Position numbers and translations under genes: made by a program
The notes under the pieces: model-generated
What the model saw: the letters and a program-made list of their open reading frames with translations, nothing else
What the model was told of the DNA's origin: nothing
The model's database searches: none
Shown: positions 1-11,500 of the stretch, one piece after another
Layout: every line of letters begins with the position of its first letter
How positions within the stretch are numbered: the stretch's first letter is position 1
Assembly: GCA_963924565.1 (NCBI GenBank)
Contig: OZ004608.1
Span: 8,184,001 to 8,248,000 of the forward strand
Source: Ascidiella aspersa
Taxonomy: Eukaryota
Direction of reading: 5' to 3'
Length of the DNA: 64,000 nt

Positions 1-2143
1 GTTATTTACTAATGGTTATTTAGTATTTAAATCTGCTTGCCTGAATTCCTTTTTATTGCAACAAATAGTTGTTTTTTAAATAAGTTTCGAGGCACACATG
101 GGAATGGTGTTCAGTTGTTCACAGTTTTAGAACCACTTATATCAAGGCATCCATTCGTTTTTTTATGTGTTTTCTTCCTGCAAAGCCATTTCTTACGCCG
201 TGTAGTGTTTTAGGCATGGCCGTTAATCAAATATTTACTCTAAAGATTACAAGCTCTGGAACCCGTCAATCGACAAACATTGGACCGGCATTTTTTTTTG
301 TTTCAAGCCAACTTGCAAACACTGTACACTACTGAACAGCGACGCAATTTCGCTTCCTGAAAATAACTCGCACACCTGCTAAAAGGCTGAAACTTGTGTT
401 GTTCAAAAACGCCACAACTTACGACCGTCAAATGTAGACGTCACTGTATTAGGTTCAATTATTTCGTTTTTTTTGCAAAATTTATCTTTTTTGTGTACGT
501 TTCTTGACGAAATCAAATCTTATGGTTTGTCTGCTGCTAAATGTTCCATATGTTCTGGTACGAGTTTATAATTTGGAGAAAATACAAAACTCTGGGTTCA
601 ATACAGCGGTCATAAAAGTAAGCAAATATTTTGAATTTTGTTTTGCCAAGTGGATCAACATGCCCAAAAATAAAAGCTCAATAGCAGGAAAGACAGGAAT
701 TTCAAAGTATTTACAAGTTTTTAAACTAAGCATGGACAAAGCTTCAGAAAAGATCCGTTTTTTTGACAAGACCAAAGAAAACGTTGGACATGCCACTCCA
801 TAATGAATTTAAAAGTTGGATCTAAGATTGAATCTATTGATTTCCAAAAATCTGCACTTTACCAAACGCTCACCTCTGGCTTGCGTTGCGAAACACCGTC
901 TTCACGTTTCAGTTGCCTTTTAAAACGTCATGCGCAATTCTTATCTCTGTGTATTGTTCCGTAGCAAGTATTCATTGAACCCTAGCCGTCGGTTCAGAAG
1001 CCTACACCGGTTTCTCGTCAGCAAATTTGACTTTTTGATAAATGAGTTGCGAAATTTCCTCTGTGTCATCGTCCCGATTGCTAAGTCATTTCGCAACACG
1101 AGTGAGAAATTTCTTGCGGTATCTTAGCTGTGTTTGCAACGATGGTATAACTATATTAAAAATATCGCGTTTTACAGTTGTTTTGCAAGTATTACGTCAA
1201 ACTAAGCACTGCTTTTTCGACCATTTTGGGGGCAGGGTTTTTAATCGGGGTAAACAGTAAACATGTTATGTTGTTTTACCTTCACCGCTTTAAACAGTGT
1301 TTGTCAACTTATGGGTCGCGACCAAATATTGACGCGCCGCTTAGTTTGGTCGTTCACATGATTACATTTTTAAATTCTAACCAGAGCGAGATTTCTTTAA
1401 AATTAAAAAAAAATGTGATGTAAACACGAAGGCATGGCTTGTATAAAATAAATTTGAATTTTGATTTTAGTTTTTTTTTCACTTGTAAATAGTTAAATGA
1501 ATACGATTGGGTCACCAAAGCTTCGTTGTTATATCTAGGCTTAGTATGTGGGTCTCAGTAAAAAAAGGTTGAGAAACAGTGGCTTTGAACAACCGCCAGG
1601 CTGGATAGAATAACGCGCTTGGGAAACTTTAAACTCCCTAAATTTAGCTTTAAATCCTGTTTTATGGCGTTGGTTTTTCCAAACGCGTGGGTTTGCAAAC
1701 TTCAGACGGTGTGCTCATCTGCTATCGCCCGCCTCGTAAAAACAAGCATCAAAGAATTATTCGCCCAGTAATTTTGACCGTCCTGCGCAACACCAAATGA
1801 GGTTTAGGAAGAACTCTCTCAAAGTCGTAGAAAAGCAATTAACGCCAACCCCTTCTCCTTTTGTTGTCGAATACATGTGTAAAGGTGGTCTCAGCATGAA
1901 TTAATTAAGCCTAAAAATGCCTGAAAGCCATCGCGGACACACCGAACCTGTCGATCCATGATACAATAGCTCATTTCAGCTGCTTTTCGACAAGCGATTA
2001 CGTCTTTGCTAAAGCTTTCGGGGTACTAATGACACGTAAGCCTTAATCGTTGGTCTGTAAGCAGCTTCATAAGGGCTATATCCCAGTTGTTGAACACATT
2101 TGCGTGTGCATCTTCCATTGCCTAAAAGTGCCTTTATTTCCAG

Positions 2144-2521
2144 CTTGCTTGGAGCCATGTTCCCCATGCCTCGTATTATCTACGCGATGGCGATCGACGG
2201 TTTGCTCTTCAAGTTCCTTGCCGCAGTCCATGAGAAGACCAAGACACCCCTGGTGGCCACTTTCATCTCAGGGACGTTTGCCGGTAAGTGTCCGATGAAA
2301 TACTAGGCGTTTGGGTTAACTTATATATGTTTTCAGATAGTATAAAGGGTGTGAAATATGTAAAAGTTTAACACAGTAAGTATAGCGTATGTTCGTTGCT
2401 CGCATAAGAGTTATTTTCAAGCCAAGACATTTTTGGTATAACGATTTTAGTTAAAAAATTGTCAATTTTTTCTTTTTTAGTGAATATAAAACGGTTCAGC
2501 TTTTTTATTAATGTTCGTCAT

Positions 2522-2556
<35 letters not shown>

Positions 2557-5500
2557 GAAAGAGTTTAATTTGCAAAAATGGGATAGACCAGTCGTTTCTC
2601 CCATGTTTATCAATTAGACCCGTAAACGAATCATCTATGCGAGGGTAATTGACCAGCGCTTAAGAACCGCCAAGCTTAACCTAGGACTTGTCCCAGTTAA
2701 GGTAACATAGAATCAAAACAAAATAGCCACGTTTTTTCAATCATGTGCGATGTGAACTTTAATTCCAATCGCCAAAACTTCAACTTGAGTTGTCAATTCA
2801 TCATGCATTACTGGACGTGACTTTTGAAAATGCCCAAAGGACCATCGACGTTGTTCAAAGCGCTCGGCAGCGCACTTGTGCTTTATGCGAGCTAATTTGC
2901 GAAAAACCAGCTGGGATTGTGGGCTTCCTGAAAGCGTAACCTAATCGATACGTAACGCGACGCTAACGTTCCCGATATAAATCGCTTTAGCTGCTCCGTT
3001 AAAAATACACGGGTTGGGAAAGACCGATGGGTTCTGCACCACCGGTGAACATATATAGAACCTTACGCACCCGCCCACACACGATTTTAAAATCTGGCCT
3101 GTGGCGGTTGTAGATTTATTCAAATTATTTTTGGCTCTTTGCTGCTCAGAAAAGCTGTCATTTTTACCGAAAAATTATACGTAAAAACTGAAATATGTTA
3201 AAAAGTGTGTCTTAGCCCATTTTGACAAAATCGTCCTCTAAAATATACGTTTTTAAATTAGCGGCATAAAGCCGTTTTTCGTTTTGAAACACCTTTCTAA
3301 TATAGCCTTTGTATGGAAAGTGAAACCTCTCCAACATAAAACTTAAACAAAACGAACCAATTGTGTGGCATGAACCATGAAAAGTTTAGAATACGTGTTC
3401 TGCGAAATCGAATCAAAATTTCCAAACTTCAGGGTAATTTAACGCAATAAACTGGTTCGAAGGGTTTCCCATATCGGGCGTCGCTTACTCAACACAAAAG
3501 CAACAACTTAACCTGTTTGTTTTTTTCTCGCAGGAATCATGGCAATCTTCTTCGACCTGAAGGAGTTGGTCGATCTCATGTCGATCGGGACCTTGGCCGC
3601 TTACACGCTCGTCGCCGCATCTGTGCTCCTTCTAAGGTGAGACGATAATATGGCTTTAAACCAGTAATTCTTATCCTTTTATGGCTTACGGCACCCCTCG
3701 AAAATAATAAATAGATTTTCGGCACCCCGACTGGAATTTTCGTTGAGTATTCAACTGAACTCTTACTATGAATGGAACTGGGACAACAGAATCAACTTAA
3801 AACATGTAGGAAAATGTTTTTTTAATATAGTGGTCTCTAATCGTACACAAAAAGTTGTATCAAGAAGCTATTACCAACTGTGCAAAAAATTCTCAAATAC
3901 CTATCGGCACCCTTAAGCATGAGAAATTGCATACCAGGGCGCCGCATTAGGCAAGCTAACCTTAAAACAAACAGATTTTCGGTTTAGTTGTTATCAACTG
4001 ATTATTGGGTTGTCCGATTAAACAAATTTTGAAAAAATTAAAAACCTCGAATTTGCGTTGTTTTGATAAATTTCTACATTTTCGTTGGTTGTTTACCTTT
4101 AAACCATTCGTGACACCGGTTGGAAAATATTTAAATAAAAATAAAAACGTTAGGCTACACATTTGATATATTATTTAACATATTTGTAGACAGTATTGTA
4201 CAAACTTCCAAACTACGCGTATTTCGCAATACCCCTCTAACAAAATACGCTTTTGGTGTTTGCTCTTTTCAGTTTTAATTTGTTCCCAAACAATGTGAAT
4301 TGGAGCGTTTCAAAATTAAACATTACGCCATGACATTTTGGCTATTAAATATTTCACCACGCTATTAAAAACGCTAATAAAATGTCTCATTCGAAAAAAC
4401 AAATATTACGCCATACCGTTATAAAACAGGCGATAAACATTACGCCATATACCACTGTAAAATTTAAGACTGTTAAAAAAGTCTTAAATAATATTGCATC
4501 AATAAATAGGTCAAAAACTTTAAAAAAATAAATAAGCACAAAACAATATCCAAAACTCCTTAAAAAATTCTAAAATTAAAAACACGAAATTTCAAATCAG
4601 TTTTTTATATAAACCTTTAAATTTACCACCTACCCACTTTACCAAACTTAAATTAACCCCCCAGGTACCAGCCGGACCCCGAGGCCGACCTTGCGCCGCG
4701 GGCCTCCGACGACGACGTCATTGACGACAAGGCGGCGATAGAGAGCGACATGGGCCGACGTCAGAAGTTCACCGTCAGTCAGCTGATCCGACCGGAGAGC
4801 AGTCGACCAACTAAACTGACCAATAAAATTGTCAACTGGTCTCTGGCCGTTTCCAGTGAGTTTAGGGAAAAGTGTTAACCCTATGTGTGCTTGTAATTTA
4901 AGTGAATTGGCAAAATATTAATATCTATTTTTTTGAAAAGACACAGGAAAACTGATTTTCACCGGTTTTGATGAGAAAAATTAGAGAAAATAATGTGAAA
5001 AAAATTTTAACACTTCGATTTACAATTTTATTTAATTTTAATCAAACTTGACAAATGTGGTATAAAACATGGTTTAAAATATACCTTTCGTGTTTTGAAG
5101 GAGTTCTGTCAGGTGTCGTCTATTGAGATCCTCCTATATTTAACGTTAGATAACCGACTTTTTGTTAGGATGTTCATCATCTGTCACAAAAATATCAATT
5201 TGACATAAAGTAATCGTGAGACGGTTCTTTCGACAAATTAAAGATCGTTTGTCTGTTCAAACAATTTTTTTTTGTCAAAGCTTTGAACTTATTGTATGAA
5301 GCGATTCTGCTTATTATGAAGAGTCATGCTTTTAAAGACAAAATTAAAATTATAACATAAAAAATAAAAACCTACACTCAACCATCCATGAGGCCGCGGA
5401 GTTGGTTAAAATAACCCGAGTCCGACTCCAGCAAAATTAACTGATTCCGTCGAGTCCGACTCCGACTCCGCAGCCCTGCTAAACGGCCACAAGTTAGACA

Positions 5501-8500
5501 CAATGTACTTGGAGGAATCAGGTGGTACTATATAAAGACAAGTTGTATTGAATTCTCGACAAGCCTTCGCACAACCATCAGGTCAAAGTACAAAATTACC
5601 TACTTTTTTAAGATTTTTACTTTGATCTGATGAAGCACGGTTGTGCGAAATCTGTCGAGAATCCATACAACTTGTATTTATGTAGTGCCACCTGGTTCCT
5701 CCCTTTAGAATTAGACAAATTAAACGGCCATTTACAAATAACGTGTTCCTAATTATCGATTTTCACCAAAATCTCGAAATCGCATCTCAATCACCTCTAT
5801 TTTCCTCCAGCTCTGGCCATGATCTGCCTTAGTATCATTGCCATCCTCTCGGAGTCTCTGGGATGGAGCGCCGGAGCACTGGTCTTCCTCTTTCTCTTCC
5901 TGATTGTGGTCATTCTCACAACGCTCGTCATCTTCTTCCAACCACAAAGCACCAAGGAACTCGAATTTAAGGCGAGTTTTCCAATAGGAAGACCGATAAT
6001 AAAATTTTATTTTTTTTAAATAGTGGTGATAATTTAGAAGCGGACTCTGTAGAAACGACACTTTAATTTAAGGTTTTCTTAAATTAAATAATACTCTTAC
6101 TTGCCATTTCTTTACACCAGCTGCAAATAAGGGTTTTATCGCGGACTAAACGAACAAAATACAAAAACTATAGTTTTAACGCAAACGCAAACGTAACATA
6201 ACTATTTTTGCCAAGGATGCAATGAGAAAGGCTTACTTATCTTCACCTACTACCTGTGTACAGGTGAAACCGCGTATCCAAAGCATAATGTTGCGGTCAA
6301 GTGTGAACGTACTGTGGGTTGTAAACCTTGAGTAAGCACTACTAAAATTTCGTTATCTTCATCTAAGTTGTACAATGACGAGAGGAGCTGTTTGAATGGC
6401 TGGTAGCAACATTCACCCAAGTATATATATAAACAGTACACTTTAGCTTAGGAGCGAAAAAAGACGTTTAGTCCAAAAAGAGAAACCACTAAACGTATCG
6501 CGCGCAAAAGTGTTGCCTAAAAAATACGGGTAACGGAATACTAATAAACCACGAATTATCGGATATCCTCAAAGCAAAGCGTTATTGTTTTGGAGTTCTA
6601 GCTTCGGGTTCATCGTGCAAGCCAGGTCAAGGTAAAGATTTGCGAAAATTAGACCAAAAACAAGGTGTTTATCGCAAGCAATAGTGAGAAAACAACGGGA
6701 GTACGGCAGCTGTCCAATGTCGGGCCAGGTGCCTCTTTCACAGCCGAGTTGTTGCACAATGTGGGAGTTTAACGGCTGGGATTATTTTAGATTTTATGGC
6801 CATGAACTGGAACGAGGCACAAACAGCTGTTGTTTTCCTGACTTGGGTGTAGACTTATTTTTTTAAGGCCACGTCATGTTTGACCCACTCACCTTAAACC
6901 AGGGATTTAAACTTGGGGGTGACTTGGACTAGTTTGGACGATTCATAAGTGTCTAATAGAAACATTTGTGTATAATTAAAAATTAGATGATTTTTTTCCA
7001 AAAAAAAAAAGATTAAGAAACACTTTGGAGTACTCTTTATTGTATTTAGAGTTTTTTAATTTGCACGCGAGTTAGACTGGAAACAGCGGGTTTCTTAAGT
7101 TTAAATGTGGCCTGACATCATCTCTGAAAAAACTTCTTTTCGAACCTGGGCCACGCGAACTCAAAAAATTGTTTTCGCAGTTCCGCGTTAAAAAATTTGA
7201 ATCCTTGCCTTAAACAAACACATAAACTTGTCTGTGCTTTCTTTTGCTAAGCTATGGCGACTACTTTTCTCACCTCGACAGTGTGACATTTAACCTGCCA
7301 TGGTATGCTACCAACACTTTCAATAGGATAAACTGCGGTTTATTATGTTCGCGAACGCGCCTTCAAGGATTCAAAAACTCGGTGAATAACTTTGAAATAA
7401 AACCGTCCTGTGATAACCCGAATCACTTACAAACCTCTCTAGTGTCTACTCAGCTTTTGGCTTAACAAAACCACAAATCTGTAAATTAAAAAAAAAAAAT
7501 TGACATACGTTTTTTGTCCGAGTTATTTTTTTAATTGTTTATTTGTTCGTAATATCGTGTTGAAACATAAGGAATTGAAAATTTTTTTCGATTTACAATT
7601 TTATTTAATTTTAATCTAACTTGACAAATGTGGTATAACACATGGTTTAAAATATACCTTTCGTGTTTTGAAGGAGTTCTGTCAGGTGTCGTCTATTGAG
7701 ATCCTCCTATATTTAACGTTAGATAACCGACTTTTTGTTAGGATGTTCATCATCTGTCACAAAAATATCAATTTGACATAAAGTAATCGTGAGACGGTTC
7801 TTTCGACAAATTAAAGATCGTTTGTCTGTTCAAACAATTTTTTTTGTCAAAGCTTTGAACTTATTGTATGAAGCGATTCTGCTTATTATGAAGAGTCATG
7901 CTTTTAAAGACAAAATTAAAATTATAACATAAAAAATAAAAACCTACACTCAACCATCCATGAGGCCGCGGAGTTGGTTAAAATAACCCGAGTCCGACTC
8001 CAGCAAAATTAACTGATTCCGTCGAGTCCGACTCCGACTCCGCAGCCCTGCTAAACGGCCACAAGTTAGACACAATGTACCTGGAGGAATCAGGTGGTAC
8101 TATATAAAGACAAGTTGTATTGAATTCTCGACAAGCCTTCGCACAACCATCAGGTCAAAGTACAAAATTACCTACTTTTTTAAGATTTTTACTTTGACCT
8201 GATGAAGCACGGTTGTGCGAAATCTGTCGAGAATCCATACACTAGTATTTATGTAGTGCCACCTGGTTCCTCCATTTAGAATTAGACAAATTAAACGGCC
8301 ATTTACAAATAACGTGTTCCTAATTATCGATTTTCACCAAAATCTCGAAATCGCATCTCAATCACCTCTATTTTCCTCCAGCTCTGGCGAACGCGCCTTC
8401 AAGGAGTCAAAAACTCGGTGAATAACTTTGAAATAAAACCGTCCTGTGATAACCCGAATCACTTACAAACCTCTCTAGTGTCTACTCAGCTTTTGGCTTA

Positions 8501-11500
8501 ACAAAACCACAAATCTGTAAAAAAAAAAAAAAATTGACATACGTTTTTTGTCCGAGTTATTTTTTTAATTGTTTATTTGTTCGTAATATCGTGTTGAAAC
8601 ATAAGGAATTGAAAATTTTAAAAGTTGTGCAACTGGCCGCGTATTGAGATGTACCTGGGATGTTCCATATTACCTAAATTAGTCGCTTAAAACAAATTAG
8701 GTTATTGATCCATTCGTAAATACTGTTGCATGGGTTTATAATAATCAATGTTAAAGTTGTCATATGCAATAACTTAAAGTTAGGAAAAACGATACGACAG
8801 TGGAGGGTCCTCATTTCATTCGTTGTTTACCGACGGCAAACATTCGTAGCGCAGCCGGTCCTTGTTTGCCTTCCACACGTGCACGTTTCCCGCGTTTTTC
8901 CGCGCTAAAAAAAATCACGACTCCACGACTGACTGTCAGCCGTATTGCTGCCCAGAATAAAATGAGACACTTGGCAGTACACTCAACGTTTAAACTCAAA
9001 ATATAAATGAAAAAACTTTTCCCGCGCTAAAAAAATCCACGACTCACCGACTGGCTGCCTTGCTGCCCACAATAAAATGGGTCATTGGGCGGTACACTCA
9101 GCGTTTAAACTCAAAATACAATTAAAAAAACTTTTGTTGATAAGGGTTTTAACACCGATGCGAAAAAAGACCCCATAATTGTCGTTACAGCTGTATTTTG
9201 AGGCACCGCGACGAATTTACCGACCTTTGCTTTTCCTCAAAAAACACCTTTAAAAATACTGATTACGATGATAAACCCAGTGTAGATTTGACGCGGGCGC
9301 AGTATAATATTTTGCACTTGAAAAACGCAGTGCTTTTGAATTGGAAACAAAAGTAGGGTTGCCACAAAGTATTTTAAATTGATTTTCGTATTGAAAAACC
9401 TATCTTTTTCTAAGTCTTAGAATATTTTTTAAATTTATTTATTGTCCAGCGTAAGGTATGTGTTTAAAAAGTGACAGTTTTACACTATTTGTAATTGTCT
9501 TGCCCATGGCCTTTATACTGCTTTGTTTTCGTATTTTGTTTAAAAAACGTCAAGAGATTTAATTGAGTTATTTGATCTTCGAAAATCTTTATGTTTTTTA
9601 AATAAATTTGTGTGGCAACTCTTAAAAAAATCGCAGAAAGCAATTTTATTGCGATTTTTTTGCTTTTTAAAAGATCTTATCGCTCCTCTTAACAACGTTC
9701 CATCTTCCATGCAGGTTCCCCTGGTGCCGACTGTTCCCATCCTCAACATGTTGGTCAACGTTTACCTCATGGTATCCCTGCCCCCCTCAACATGGTACAA
9801 GCTCCTTGTGTGGCTGGTAGCCGGTAAGTAACGCTAGTGATATGAGCCAAGTAACGCTAGTGATATGAGCCTTGCCCTTGGCTATAGGCACATCAGTCTG
9901 GCACAAGATATTAGGCTTTTCGTAAGTGATGTTCTGATAATATCGGAAGATGTATTTTTTACAAGCTTCTCGTGTAGCTAGTAGCCGGTCTTTAAATATT
10001 TAAAATCATTCTATTGTTTTTGAGTTGATTAGCGTATTACAAATGTATTTGCAAATCCCTGTTTTTTGGGTGTTTTTTTAAATTCTTTTTTTTGGGGGTG
10101 TTTTAAGTGTTTTTTTAAAAGCTTTAGAATGACGAATTTATTTTATGTGCAGCTTAATTCTTGTGTTTAAAAAGTGCCGCAGTTGAACAAATTTTACAAC
10201 TATTTTAATTATGTTAGCAACAAATTTTCGAAATCTATTCAAAAAACCCGTCGAGTGATTCAATTTTATGTAAAAACCTATAAACTTTCTTCAAAAAGTC
10301 TTCAAATTCTTTTTTTAATGTGTAGCAATCCTATTATTCAAGACGCTTTCGGATTAACGTTACACACCCATTATGCCAATTAAAATGCCCATGCTCAATC
10401 TCAATTACCAAAAGGAAGGAAGTCTCAATCTTTAAGAGCTAGTTAAAATCCCGAATTCTAGGTCCCTTATTTTCGCAATGTCCGTAGCACATTCATTGTA
10501 GCGCCGGTCGGAATTTTCACGTTACCAATCAATATTCGAGCTCCTTATAACTGCCTTACACCAATTTACACCCAGAACGAATGACGTAATTCACGTGTGA
10601 GTTCGGGCGGACTTTGCGTTTGAGTTCGCGCCTTTTGCTCGGTAGTATGACTTCCTGTTTACCACAACCTTATACTACGGGCACGTGCATAGGCTGCCAG
10701 GTGATAAAGAGCACTCTAGGCTTGGGGATTTCGATACTGAGTCACAGGCTCAAAATAGACCTGATTAACGTACTTTATAATATAGAAGATTGTATCTTCG
10801 TTGAATCCGAAACCATTGTCCGTAGTCGACCACTGCTCCGCTGACGCGTATATAAATAGTAGAAATGTAAAACGCCGAGTGAAATGCAGAATCTGACTTT
10901 TGTCAAATGAATATACTTTGAATGAAGTGTACTTTGTTTTTATTGGCTTTGTGATTTTCATACCAGCGGCACCCTACTTTTGGAGTGAGTTACGTATGGC
11001 GACCGGGTTTCTCAAACCTTTTAGCATTGTAACTCCATAAGGAGAACCTATTGAAAAATCAATTAATCCTTTTCGAAAAAACATGTTAAGACATGTGATT
11101 ACTTAACAAAGCTAATCATACAACATAAAAAATGTTGTCTTCATTTGCATTCAAGTTTTCTTATTTTTTTACATCTGAAATTACTCTTTTTGCGAGCGTT
11201 CGAAGAAAGGATGTTTTAACGTTTGTATTGAAATTCTTAAATATTACCAAGACGTGTTTTAAAGGTATAGTCACAAACTTTAAACTTGAAGTACGTCACG
11301 AAACTTACGCGTCTATGATTGAACTCTTGGTGTTTTCAGAGTTTGACCTTTATCATACCTTTCCGATTGCATTCTTTGAAATACAAAACTACCACAAACC
11401 TTGTTTTTTCTTTTTTTTTAAGTTTTTTTCTTGTATTAAGGTGCATGACCTTCTTAGTATTTCCAGTCCATATTAAATTTCTATTCACAGCCGCCATCAG

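Larger units (their letters stand above)
5014..8619. repeat. Intronic A-X-B-A'-B' duplication (A 5014-5817, A' 7587-8388; B 7351-7586, B' 8387-8619)
   Basis: Near-identical ~800-bp and ~235-bp blocks read directly. A' ends 7 nt into the copied exon (TTTCCTCCAG CTCTGGC) and joins B' through a shared GC. Confidence 0.93.

Noticed and set aside
504-1423. Short ORFs at the window start as possible upstream CAT exons
   Set aside because: No CAT motifs or convincing splice-flanked coding segment; treated as intron.
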